A DNA stretch of 64,000 nucleotides, taken from NCBI RefSeq assembly GCF_036365525.1, contig NC_090404.1, forward strand, positions 3,534,001 to 3,598,000. Reading direction: 5' to 3'. Below the pieces are notes generated by a model that was not told the origin of the DNA, did no database searches, and saw nothing but the letters and a program-made list of their open reading frames with translations. Positions within the stretch are counted from its first letter, which is position 1. Every line of letters starts with the position of its first letter. Made by a program: the position numbers and the translations under genes. This document shows positions 1 to 11,789 of the stretch, piece after piece. The DNA is from Heterodontus francisci. Taxonomy: Eukaryota.

Positions 1-170
1 TGCTGCGGACCTTAAATTGCTGCACGAACACATTTATTTATGGGGTGACACAGTCCAAGTTCAGAGAGCAGTGCAAGAGCATAGTGAAATATCCGGTTAC
101 ATCAATTATTCAGTTGATCGCTAAACAAAATAACAGAGAGCAACGCAGAGGCGGGTCCCAGTGTTCCTAG
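1..170 (+). CDS. 3' end of GPR139-like class A GPCR (paralog A, partial; TM7 and C-tail)
   Basis: Frame from base 3: LRTLNCCTNTFIYGVTQSKFREQCKSIVKYPVTSIIQLIAKQNNREQRRGGSQCS*, TAG at 168-170. 118/119 nt identical to 46407-46525 of paralog C. Confidence 0.9.
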   Translation, partial: LRTLNCCTNTFIYGVTQSKFREQCKSIVKYPVTSIIQLIAKQNNREQRRGGSQCS

Positions 171-214
171 GCCATGAATGTAATATTCATCCACAGATTT
201 CCTTCAACTAAATG

Positions 215-1270
215 ACACCAGGAATCCTTTTCGACCTGTCTGCAGCCTTTGACACACTATCCTCTTCCTGCACCTCTCCATTATTGTCCTGTTGGATGGA
301 GCTGTATTCGGCTGGTTCTATTCTTATCTATCTAACCACAGCAAGAGGATCGCTATCAATGGCTTCTCTTCCCTATCCCGCATCTTACTTGCTCCTCTCT
401 TTTTTTTTATCTACATGCTGTCTCTCACCTGCAATGTCCGGTTTCACATGTATGCTGATAACACTCAGCTCTACCTCACCACCACATTTTTTGTTATCAC
501 GTTTGCTTTGTTGAAAGTATCAGGCTACTTTTCCGACAACCAGTACTGGGTGAGCAGAAATTTCCTCCAACTAATATGGGAAGACAGAAACCATTGTCTT
601 CGGCCCCTGCTATAATTCTATACCCTAGCTACTGAGTCCTGCCCTCTCCCTGGTAACTGTATGTGACTTAACCAAACAGTTTTCAATCTTGGTATCACAT
701 TTGACACCTGCATGAACTTCCAACCACATATCAGCGACATCACTAAAACCTATTTCCACGACTGCACAACATTGCACAACTTTGTCCCTCCCTCAGTTGA
801 ATCCTGCTAAAACCTAAATTCATGCGTTTGTTACTTCTAGACCTAATTATTCCAATGCACTCGTCAACAACAACCCACAATCAACTTCAATAAACTTAAG
901 GTTGTCCCAAACTCTGCTGCCCGTCCTTATCCCACCAATTCCTTTTCGTCTATCACCTCTGCTCTCGCTGACCTACTTTAGCCCCCAGTCAAGCAATGCA
1001 TCGATTTTAAACTGTTAATCCTTGTTTTCAAAACTCTCCATGACCTCTCCCTTCATTATATATGTAAAATCATCCAGCTACGACAAAACTCTCTACATGT
1101 ATAACTTTCTGAAGCCCCTACAACCCTCTGAGATATCTTCTCTCCTCTAATTCTGGCCTCTTGCACAACCCTAATTTCAAAGACTCTACTATTAGCGGTC
1201 GAACTTCCAGCTGACAGGGCAGTAATCTCTGGAAATCCCTTCCTAATCGTCTCTGCATCTCTTTATCTCT
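215..1270 (+). mobile_element. Decayed L2-like LINE RT/3' fragment
   Basis: Broken RT motifs DLSAAFDT, WFYSYLS, FHMYADNTQLYL. Homologous to 46881-47552 plus 50000-50330. Confidence 0.75.
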
Positions 1271-1462
1271 CTCTCTCTCTCATCCTATTGAAAGCTAGTT
1301 GCATGAAACTATCACTGATTGTGGTAAAAGCCCATTTGGTTCACTAATGTCCTTTGAGGATTGAAATCTGCCATCCTTACCAGGTCTGGCCTACATACGA
1401 ACATAAATAGATACAAATTAGGAGCAGAAGTAGGACATTCGACCCCTCAAGCCAAGTTCGAC

Positions 1463-1720
1463 CGGTGTCTGCGTGGGTTTCCGCCGGGTGCTCCAGTTTC
1501 CTCCCACAGCCAAAGACTTGCAAGTTGATAGGTAAATTGGCCATTGTAAATTGCCCCTAGTGTAGGTAGGTGGTAGGAGAATGGTGGGGATGTGGTGGAG
1601 AATATGGGGTTAATGTCGGATTAGTATAAATGGGTGGTTGTTGGTCGGCAGAGACTCGGTGAGCCGAAGGGCCCGTTTCAGTGCTGTATCTCTAAACAAA
1701 TAAAAAAATAAATAAATAAA
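1463..1720 (+). mobile_element. HE1-like (V-SINE) shark SINE, 5'-truncated
   Basis: gtgtctgcgtgggtttcc...ggtaaattggccatt...tgctgtatctctaa plus (aaat)n tail, shared with four other copies in the window. Confidence 0.8.
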
Positions 1721-2550
1721 AGCCTGCTCCACCATTCAATAAGACCATAGCTGATCTGTTAGTGTTTCACACTCCCACCTGCCCGCGATAACTTTTGAAT
1801 CACTTGTGTAACAAGAATCTGTCTAACTCCACCTTAAAAATATTCAGTGACCAGTCTCCACCTCCTTCTGAGGCAGAGAGTTCCGAAGCCGCACAACCCT
1901 CTGAGAGAAAAAAAAATTCTCCTCGTCTCTGTCCTAAAAGGGCGACCCATAATTTTCAAGCAGTGACCACAAGTTCGGGGCTCACCTACAAGAGGAAACA
2001 TCCATCCTGTCAAGACTGTTCACGATCTTATAAACTTCAATCAAGTCTCCCCTCAGTCTTCTTACCCCCCATGAAAACAAACCCGGTCTGTCCAACCTTT
2101 CCTCATAAGACAACTCGCTCATTCCAGGTATCAATCTAGTAAACCTTCTCTGAACCACCTCCAATGCATTTAGTTCCTTCCTTAAATAAGGAGACCAAAA
2201 CTGAACACAATTTTTGATATGTGCTCTCAAGAATGCCCTGCATAACTGAGACATAACATCCTTACTTTTATTTTCAATTACTCTCATAATAAAGGATAGC
2301 ATTCGATTAGCTTTCTTTATTACTTGTTAACTGTATTCTAACTTTTTGGAACTCACGCACTGGAACATCTAGATCCCTCTGCACCCCGGAATTCTGCAGT
2401 CCTCCATTTAAATAATACGTTTTTCTTATTCTTCCTGCCAAAGTGAACAACTTCACATTTTCCCAGATTATACTCCATTTGCCAGATTTTTTACCACTCA
2501 CTCAACATATCAATATCGGTCTGCAACCTCCTTATGTCCTCTTCCTATCT
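1721..2550 (-). mobile_element. Decayed CR1 LINE 3' fragment
   Basis: Minus-strand CVQFWSPYLRK...LEVVQRRFTRLIPGM...RRLRGDLIEVYK. Confidence 0.85.
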
Positions 2551-2799
2551 ATCTTTGTAATTATTAAGAACGCTTCAATTGTTGTTAATTTGATTTGAAG
2601 TGACACTAAATAGTAAAGATGCGACGCCTTGAAGAATTGAGAATTTTTTCGAAAACGTTATCGGGTTTTGGATTTCCCTAGCAAATCAGGGACATACCTT
2701 CCATCTTTAATTGGACATCACGAACGTCTGGTCTCCACTAAATGAGACTTTAACAATATGTCCTACCATATTTGATGTATTCCTCTAAACTCACGTCCC

Positions 2800-4190
2800 G
2801 ATAATGGAGGGAGACAGTAAGCAGGAAACTATAGACCAGTTCGTCTAATACCTGTCATTGGGAGAATGCTGGAATCCATTATTAAGGAGATAGTAGCAGG
2901 ACATTTGGAAAACTATAATAGAATCAAACAGGGACAACATGGTTTTGTGAAAAGAAAATCGTGTTCAGCAATTTTATTTGAGTTCTTTGCGAATGTAACA
3001 AGCAGGGTGGATGAAGTGGAACCTGTACGTTTACTGCATTTAGATTTCCAAAAGACATACATAAGGTGCCACATTAAAGGTTTCCGCACAAGTTAATAGT
3101 TCATGATGTTTGGGGTAATATATTAGCATGGATAGTGGATTGGCCAACCGACAGGAAAAAGAGAGTCAATTTTCAGGTTGGCAAACTGAAACGAGTGGGT
3201 GCCACAGGGATCAGTGCTAGGGCTTTAAATATTTGCAGTCTATATTAATGACTTGGGTGAAGGGAGCTAGTGTGTTGTAGCCACGTTTGCTGATGATATG
3301 AAGATAGGTATGAAAGCAAGTTGTCAGGAGGATGCAAAGAGTCTGCAAAGGGATATAGCTAGGTTAAGTGAGTGGGCAAAGAAAATGGCAAATACAGTTT
3401 AATGCAGGAGATGTGAACTTGTCCATTTTTGCAGGAAGGATAGAAAACCGAATATCACTTTAACGAAGAGAGACTGCAGAATTCTGCAGTACTGAGGGAG
3501 CTGGTTGTCCTCTTACATGAATCACAAAACGTTAGCCTGCAGGTGCAGCAAATAATTAAGAAGGCAAATTGCATGTTGGGCTTTATTGAAAGGGGGATGG
3601 AATATAAAAGTAGGGAAGTCTTGCTATAAATGTACAGTACGTTTGTGAGACCACACCTAAGGTGTTGTGTACACTTCCAGTAACCAGATTTAAGGAAGAA
3701 TATACAGGCATTGAAGGCAGGTCAGAATAAGTCCACTGGGTTGATTCCTGGGATGAAGAGGTTGCCTGCTGAGGAAAGGTTGAGCAGGTTGGGCCGATAC
3801 CCATTGGAGTTTAGGAGAATGAGAGATGAGCTTATTGAAACATACACGATTCTGAGGGGACTTGACAGGGTAGATGCTGAGAATGTGTTTCGCCTGTTGG
3901 CGAATGTAGAACTGTTTCAAAATAAGGGATTTCCTATTTAAGACGGATATGCAGAGCATTTGTGTCTCTCAAATGGTCAGTAATCTTTGGAATTCTGTAC
4001 CTCAGACAGCAGTTGAGGCTGGGTCATTGAATATATAGATTTTTGATCTACAAGGGAGTCGAGGGTTATGGAGGCAAGGAGGAAGGAGGGGTTAAGCCCA
4101 CAATCAGATCAGTCATGATATTATTGAATGGTGGAGCAGGCTTGAGGAGCCAAATGGCCAACTGCAGGTCCTTTTTCTTATGATCTTATG
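2800..4190 (+). mobile_element. Decayed CR1 LINE (RT and 3' end)
   Basis: QHGFVKRKSC, FADD, RRMRDELIETY motifs with stops and frameshifts; (cttat)n-like tail. Confidence 0.85.
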
Positions 4191-4998
4191 TCCCACATGG
4201 GCAGGAAATCAAAAACACCAATCAGATGTTTAACACAGAACCAACAAGGACACAGAGGGAATCCTGAGCGAACAGTACAGTGATCTGGTCGGAGCACACT
4301 ATAGGCACTGTCTTTGGATCTGGCCGCCAACTAACAATGTCGACATTCAAGTATGGGTTACTGCACAGGTGATCCAGGAAGATGATTCCTCTGCTTGAGT
4401 AATCTAATTTGAGAGGAACAACATAATCAGTCTTTTAGGACTGATAATAAGCTTATTGCTGGTCATAACGTGAGTGAGCGGCAGTTGGAATGGTCTTGGC
4501 ACAAAGTGAAAACCGTTGCAACAACTGGAAGAAGTTGCAGCGGTGCGTCATTTTCTGGAAGGACGAATTAAGATGGGCTGAGCATCCTTCCTCGTCGACC
4601 TTCTGAACTTGAGACTGATCTCCTGCAGAGAAAACGTAAACACAACGAATGAGATCCCTCTAGCCGCGATGTGAGCCAAATTTGCCACTCAGTTTCCGCA
4701 GTTATCAAACACAATCAACAACATCGTGTGTGTTTGCCGTGGTTGTCTGTATATGCATGTCTGTCTGTGTTTGTGATCCATGGATGTTTGAACTGTCCAC
4801 GCGAGGGCGCTCTCCGATCACTTTCTAAAGATCACGAGCCCTAGCTACAGAAAGTGGCTGTTCAGTGAGATACAAATGGGCGGGGAGAAAAATTCCCAGC
4901 CGATCCAATGCGATCTCAGCGCCGTTTGCGTTATTCCTATTCTAGGTCCGGTAAAGGAGGCGATCACAGTCTCTGTTTTTCTACTTCACTCTGGCACC

Positions 4999-5483
4999 AT
5001 GGAGCTGAAACTCCGTCTGACTCTGGTTATTGTCCTGATCACAGGGCAGTGATAGTGGGAACTTCCTACAATATTCCCCAGTTCTCAAACAATTTTCCAT
5101 CTCCATATCCGGGTAATTATTCTCTTTCTGTTACTCTGTCGAACCCGCCATGTTTTTTTCTGCTTATTTTCAGATATGAATAAGGGAGGCTCCATGTCCC
5201 AGTCAGAACAAGGAATCGGAACAGAAGCGGGTGCAGATGCAGCAAAAAGCTGCAGTTACTTCGGATCAGATTCAGCTACAATATATTACCTGTCCTGGAA
5301 TCGCCAGTATCCCCACCAAGCTCCTCAGTATATGGTCAGAGCCGATGGTTAAGAGTATAATGAGACGGCTCCCGGTTTTGAACACTTCAGCGGGAATCTC
5401 AAACGGAAGCAAGGCACTTTTCACTTGTCCATGAAAGACTTGAAGATTGCACACCGTGCCGTGTATTACTGTGCTCTGAGACC
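4999..5483 (+). pseudogene. TCR alpha/delta-type V gene segment, pseudogene (V1)
   Basis: Leader 4999-5044 MELKLRLTLVIVLIT with donor GT changed to GG (ggcagt). V exon from 5174 after ttttcag: ...SMSQSEQ...KSCSY...YYLSWNRQYPHQAPQYM...G*(5350-52)...HFSGNLKRKQGTFHLSMKDLKIAHRAVYYCALR. Followed by a 23-RSS. Confidence 0.9.
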
Positions 5484-5522
5484 CGCAGTAGATGGGAGTC
5501 CCTTGGACCTCATACAGAAATA
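5484..5522 (+). other. 23-bp-spacer RSS of V1 (degenerate heptamer)
   Basis: CGCAGTA - 23 nt - ACAGAAATA directly after YYCALR. Confidence 0.85.
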
Positions 5523-6561
5523 AGGTACAGCTCGGTGGCTGGGATGCTGATAAGGGGTCGGGTGGGGTGGGGCATGGCAGCACATCAGGAGAATACCAGC
5601 GATTGACTCCCCGAGAGTTTGTCCGGAAAATGAGAGGGAAAATACATCCTGATCCGATTGGGTTTCTGCAGCTGAAGCCTTTGCTGTCAAAATTGGGATA
5701 AGTGATATGTCTCAACCATTTTAAGCCAGGGTCAAATTCAGACATTTTCACACCCGGTGTCAGCTCAGACCTACGGATTTCTGGGATGACAGATGGAATC
5801 AATATCTGCAAGTAAAATCTTGGCTGTGTTCAGTCCCATCAGGTCATATTTCAAAAGCTGTCTCAACAGTACAGAATGTTGTCAACGACATTATATCCTT
5901 TGTATTCTTTAGGCTATGACTAGTAACAGAGATGATTGGCTGGCAGCGATGACAAGGATTGAGGCTGATTTCGGTTATTTCCCGTTATCCATGCTATTGA
6001 GAGCAGGAGGGGTGGTGTGTGCGTTGCGGGGCGGGGAGGTGCGGTAGTAGTGAGAAAACGAGCGAGTTAAAAAGACATGGTTGGACTGAGTTAAAAAGAG
6101 AGACACACAAAGAGAGTGAGGGAGAGAGAAATACACAAAGACGGCGAGTTAAACAAAGTGAGTGAGAGCAAGACAGAGAGAGAGAGAGATGCAAACAGAG
6201 AGAAAAAGAAAGACAGAGACTGAGATAAACTTCGAGGGAAATGAGTCCGTTCCACAAATATCTGTTGAAACGTCAGTGTGAAACTAACAGGAGATGCAAT
6301 TTTACCGTGCTGAAATTCATCACATGGAAAGGCAAATAGTGATAATTATGTATTTCAATGAAGGCTTTTCACTTCTGTAACTGCATTTGTATATTTTATT
6401 ATACAGTTAGCATGAATAAACGCCTTTAGTATGAATAGCTCCGCTACTGACTGAGCTGGCAGAGTCCAACAGGACATAACTGTTAGGCTGGGTCTTCGGC
6501 AGGTGCTGAGGGAAGCAAACAAAAGGGAAAAAACAACTTGACCTCGTCGTCACAAATCTAC

Positions 6562-7850
6562 CTATCGCAGATGCATCTGTCCATCATAGTATTTGGTAGG
6601 AGTGACCACTGGACAGTCCTTGTGGAGACAAAGTCCCATCTTCATATTGATAATACCCTCCATCGTGTTGTATGGTACTGCTATGGTGCTAAATAGGATA
6701 GATTTAAACAGATATAGCAAGGCAAAACTGGGCATCCATGAGGCGCTATGCACCATCAGCAGCAGCAGTATTGACCTCAATCACAAACTATAACCCCATG
6801 GCCCGGCATATCCCCCACTCTAACATTACCATCATGTCGGATGATTAACCGTGGTTCAATGAAGAGTGCCAGAGGGTATGCCAGGAACGGCACCAGGCAT
6901 ACCTCAAACTGAGGTGTCAACCTGGTGCTAAAACCCAGGACTACTTGTTTGCCAAACAGTGTAAGCAGCATGCGATGGACAGAGCTAAGTGATCCCACAA
7001 CCAACGGATCAGATCTAAGATCTGCAGTCCTGACAAATCCAGTCATGAATGGTAGTGGACAGTTAAACAACTAACAGGAGGAAGTGACTTCACAAATATC
7101 CCTATCCTCAAAGGTGGGGGACCCCAGCACATCAGTGCAAAGGATCAGGCTGAAGCATTTGCAACAATCTTCAGCCAGAAATTCTGAGTGGATGATCCAT
7201 CTTGGCCTCCTCCGGAAGTCCCCTTCATCACAGATGCCAGTCTTCAGTCCGTGTGATATCAAGAGACGACTGAAGACACTGGATACTGCAAAGACTATAG
7301 ACCCTGACAATATTCCGGCATTAGTACTGAAGACCTGCGCTCCAGAACTTACCACACCCTAGCCAAGCTGTCCCAGTGCAACAACAACACTGGCATCTAC
7401 CCGGCAATGTGGAAAATTGCCCATTTATGTCCTGTACACAGAAAGCAGGAAACATCCAACCCGGCCAATTACCACCCCACCCGTCTACTCTCGATCATCA
7501 GTAAAGTGATGGAAGGTATCATTGGCAGTGCTATCAAGCGACACTTGCTTAGCAATAACCTGCTCAGTGACGCTCAGTCCTCCAGGACCACTCAGCACCT
7601 GACCTCATTACAGCCTTGGTTCAAACATGGACAAAAGAGCTGAACTCAAGAGGTGAGGTGAGAGTGCCTGCCCTTGATATCAAGGTAGCATTTGACAGAG
7701 TATGGCATCAAGGAGCAGCAGAACTGGAGCCAATGGGAATCAGGGGAGCAAATTTCCACTGTTTGAAATCATAGCTAATGCAAAGGAGCAAGTTTGTGGT
7801 TGTGGTTGTTGGAGGTCAATCATCTCAGCTCCAGGACAGCACTGCGGGAA
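6562..7850 (+). mobile_element. Decayed CR1/L2-group LINE (second lineage)
   Basis: PDNIPALVLKTCAPEL, NPANY, LDIKVAFDRVWH motifs. Homologous to 29370-30710. Confidence 0.8.
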
Positions 7851-8614
7851 ATTTGGTGAGTTTCCCAAATAGTATAGACACAAAGTGGATCCAGATAGTT
7901 TTCTTCGCTTCGGATCAATTTGTCGCTATTCCTGTGTTATGGGAACAGTTCGATTAAGTATAATGTTTAATACCGATGTGAAACACAGAGATAAATAATC
8001 TTTGAACTTGCCAATTAACAGAGTTTGAGGTGCGACAAGTAAGTAGACAGTGACAGCCAACAAGTTTGCAGATCGATATTTGCGGATCTGAAGACAGCTC
8101 GTTGCACTTGAAATCGTTTGTAGTCGATAGGAAGATGTTACATAATATCTGGCCTCTCTGCCGACTGATTCGTTAGCGACTGCAGATGACATCCAATCAG
8201 CTCACAGTTCTATTATTCTACAGTTCATCCAATCAATTCACAGCTCCTTTGTTATCCAATTCATGACGGCAGAGGAACAGAGTGAAGTTGTTCGCCTCAC
8301 AAGAGGGAACTGGACGTGGAATAAACACAACATTGGCTCTTTAACAGGATCGGTCTGTGAGGTGGGAACAGCAAAGGGAAATAATTAAACTTGTTTTCGT
8401 GTCAGTGCTGGAGGTTTCTGTTAAAATATCCTCATTGATCATTCGAAACACTCACAGGCGAGGGGTAGGAGGAGTACTGCTTGGAATTAGACGACAGTAC
8501 AGAAGCAGGCTATTCAGCCAATATGGTCTTTATAGGTCGGTTTCTGTTCTATCATCAGTTCACAATCCAGGTCTCAGATCTGAATCACTGAGAGGACGTG
8601 AGAGTCATTTACTG

Positions 8615-8653
8615 TTTTTTTGTATGGGCCGTCTGCGCTCCTGTACCAGTGTG
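8615..8653 (-). other. 23-bp-spacer RSS of V2
   Basis: Minus strand CACACTG (8653-8647) - 23 nt - ACAAAAAAA (8623-8615). Confidence 0.85.
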
Positions 8654-9076
8654 GGGCACAGCGCACTATGAAACACAGCAGAGTCAGAAACAAGAGCCCC
8701 GGCGACTCTTAAATGAATTGTTTTCTTGTCTTTGTCCAAAACAGCAGAAATCCGGTCTGGGAAATCTGGAGATTAACCCCCACCTCCTTTTCATATTTAA
8801 TCAGTAAATATCTTGGAGCGTCCCCACAACACTGGTTGTACCAGAAGACGTAGGGAAAGGTATCGGTTGTAGAGTAACTGCAGTTCAATATTACGGTCTG
8901 CCCTTCCTGAATCGTTAATTGAGGTGGATCCTGAGAAACTCATTCCTGAAACAAAGAACATAATACATCAAAAGTCTGGGAGTAGTTACCATCAATGGGG
9001 CACACTCTGACTATTTAAACATCGACTCACCGGGAAGCAGGACCATTATAATTAGTAAAGAAGATAGGGACCACAT
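8654..9076 (-). pseudogene. TCR alpha/delta-type V gene segment, pseudogene (V2)
   Basis: Leader 9076-9031 MWSLSSLLIIMVLLP/G|GTGAGT. V exon from about 8945: E*VSQDPPQLTIQEGQTVILNCSYSTTDTFPYVFWYNQCCGDAPRYLL...(frameshift)PDFPDRISAVLDKDKKTIHLRVAGALVSDSAVFHSAL. Stop, frameshift and YYC changed to FHS. Confidence 0.92.
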
Positions 9077-11789
9077 GGTGCCTGATTAGAGTTGATGAAA
9101 ATTACAAAATGTTTTAAATGCAGTCTGATATTACAGTGTCAACTCAGCTCGGGGAATTGTGAACTGATCCTCATTATGAACCAATCAGTGTTAGTTGTGT
9201 CCAATAAATGCACGAACTCTCAAAATTCTGGCCGAGCTAATCCGTATGAGTCTCTCTCTCTGTATATACAAACACATGCATACTGACACATAAACACACA
9301 ACACACACGCACACACACATACAGTCACACGCATGTAAAGCTGTGTGTTTGTGTGTGAGTACACCTGTTTACCTTTGTATCGCTATTCATCTTGCCGTCT
9401 TTCTCTCTCTCAGTCTCCCTTTCTGACTCTTCCTCTCTCTCTGACCGTCCCTCTGCCCCACCCTCTGTTTCCCGGTCTTTCTTTTTCTCACTCTCTTTCT
9501 ACTTTTCCCCCCCTCTCATTATTTCTTTGTCATTCTCGCATTAAGTTGAAATGTGAAGAAATTTCTGCACGCATTATGTCTCACTAATAATTTCAGTCTG
9601 AAGAATATGAGAAACATGACACACTCTCAGCTAGGAACTAACATAGACACGTATAATTATTGATATATTCGGAGGTTATTGACGTACAATCATCTATGAA
9701 TTATTTCAGGTGAAATAATTAACTAGCGATCAGAGAGCGCCCCCCGTCTTCCAGTACAAGCCTCTAGCAAAAAAATTGGAAGCAAAAACGAAACTACAGA
9801 TAAAGCATACAGACACACACAAAGACAAATACATAAGAAAATACACACAGGCACTTCCAGACGCATACACCGACATATACACTCAAACACGCACGCTCAA
9901 ACAAACCCACTAAAACAGACACACACGTACACGGATGCATACCTACAAACAGCAACATAAACACAGACGCGCCCACACAAATGTTGATACCCAGTGCAGT
10001 ATCGATGCCCGTTTAATTGTAAATTGTTTGGACACGAATGAGGGGCAGACACAATTGGATTTCTTCCATTTCTCAATGTGTGATAAAGGTTCCCGAACCC
10101 GTAGGACAATTCGTGAGGATCATGTGAGAAACTCAGTTCGCCCATCCCTGAGTCACGTCTTGTATACTTGTCCTTTCTCACTTCTCATACTGGACACATT
10201 CAGCACAACCCCATTGCCTGAGTGTAACCTACCTGCTGTTGCATTCAACTGGTGAGTACAGGTCCCTGAATGGATAAAAACTTAGATCTCACGTTGCTTT
10301 GGCAGCAATTCGTCTACATAGTGTTTTCAGATGCAAGGGAATTTATATTCACTCAACAGTGCCAGTCATTGAGGTGGGGGCACTGAAGCGAAATAGTTAA
10401 TCCTGTTTTGGTATCAGTGCTGGGAACTCCCATTAAAAGAGCTTCTCACTGACCATGAGAACTACTCACAGCCTATTTAGAGGGGAGAAAGAGAGCGAGT
10501 GGGTTCTGAGAGATTTTGAACACAACAATGCGACATACTACACAAGCTCCTCTCATCTGAATAAAATGAGGAGTGACTGACAGGTTTTAACAGAAAGGGA
10601 TGGTGTGAAACGCAAGTGGAATCAGTGATACTGGGTGAACAGCTCATGGAAAATATTTCCTGCATGTCATTAATAATATTTCATTTATTCATAAAAAAAT
10701 AACAATAAAACACAACTTCCATTTGAAATTCATGCCTTTATAACCGAATCAGTTTCTTTAATCACGTTTACACTTTTATTCAATAAAATAACTAAAGGAT
10801 GTTTTCCGTCTGCAGCTCCTTCACACGAAAACCAACCCAGTGAACATCGCTTCCTAGCGCCTAATGCCATCTGGTGGAACACGACATGGTCAAATCCTAC
10901 CTTGCAGCTCCCATAGTCATTGGGAATAAGAAAGGCTATTCCCCTCGAGTGACGAGATCCTACCTCTCGCTCACTATGTGGCTTACCACTATTCCACAAA
11001 TGATTCTAGCATGTTTCCCTTTGCTACCCTATCTAGGAGTTTATTCCACACACTGATCACTCAGATTGTGCATGAAGAATTTCAGATATTCTGTACTTTG
11101 AAACTGTCGCTCGATCTGCTACTTACACAGTTCCATTTTAATAAATTTCAGGTTGTGTTTTTAATACATTAACAACCTAATACTCCCTCTGGTGTCATTT
11201 TTCAGTCGGATACTGGGTTAAGGTGTTGATTGAACCAGCTGAAGTATCCATCTCCGTCAGCATTCAGCTTTAGAAAAAGGAATCTTTGTGAGAGGTGAGC
11301 ACCAGAGGACTAGTGATTTATTTTTCTCTCTCCTTGATTCTTTACTTGTTCCATTAACATCCCTTGTGCCTTGTACCTTCATCCCTTTTGTTCTTTAATC
11401 TCTTGTGTCTTCCGCCCTGTCACAATCCTTCATTTTAGTTCTTTCCCATTCCACCTTTCCCTGCCTCTGCTTAAAATCATTTATGGCTCATACATTTTCC
11501 AGCTCTGATGAAAGGTCAGTGGCCCAAAATGTAACTCAGTTTCTCTCTGCACAGACGCTGCCTGACCGGCTGAGTATTTCATGCATTTTCCAATTGGATA
11601 CTAGAGGGAGAGTTACATGGTCAGTTTTCTTCTGCCCTTAACAATTTGTCACAAGGTTCTGTAGTGTGCTGGCACCTTTTTCACGCTGCAGTATTTGGTT
11701 CTTACTTTGGTGCAACGGAAAGAGCCGATTTAGTGAGTAACTGGTCAGCTATCATACTTACAATAACTAGTCTGTAAAGTAAAGGGATG

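Noticed and set aside
8615-8692. Apparent D segment (cagtgtg-ggg-cacagcg between RSS-like motifs)
   Set aside because: The right-hand heptamer has no nonamer at 12 or 23 nt; the sequence is the 3' end and RSS of the minus-strand V2.
9970-10290. Possible highly decayed V exon on the minus strand (GPVLT, VVLN, EFL, GI.IC fragments)
   Set aside because: Needs several assumed frameshifts and has no RSS or leader; not supportable without an HMM search.
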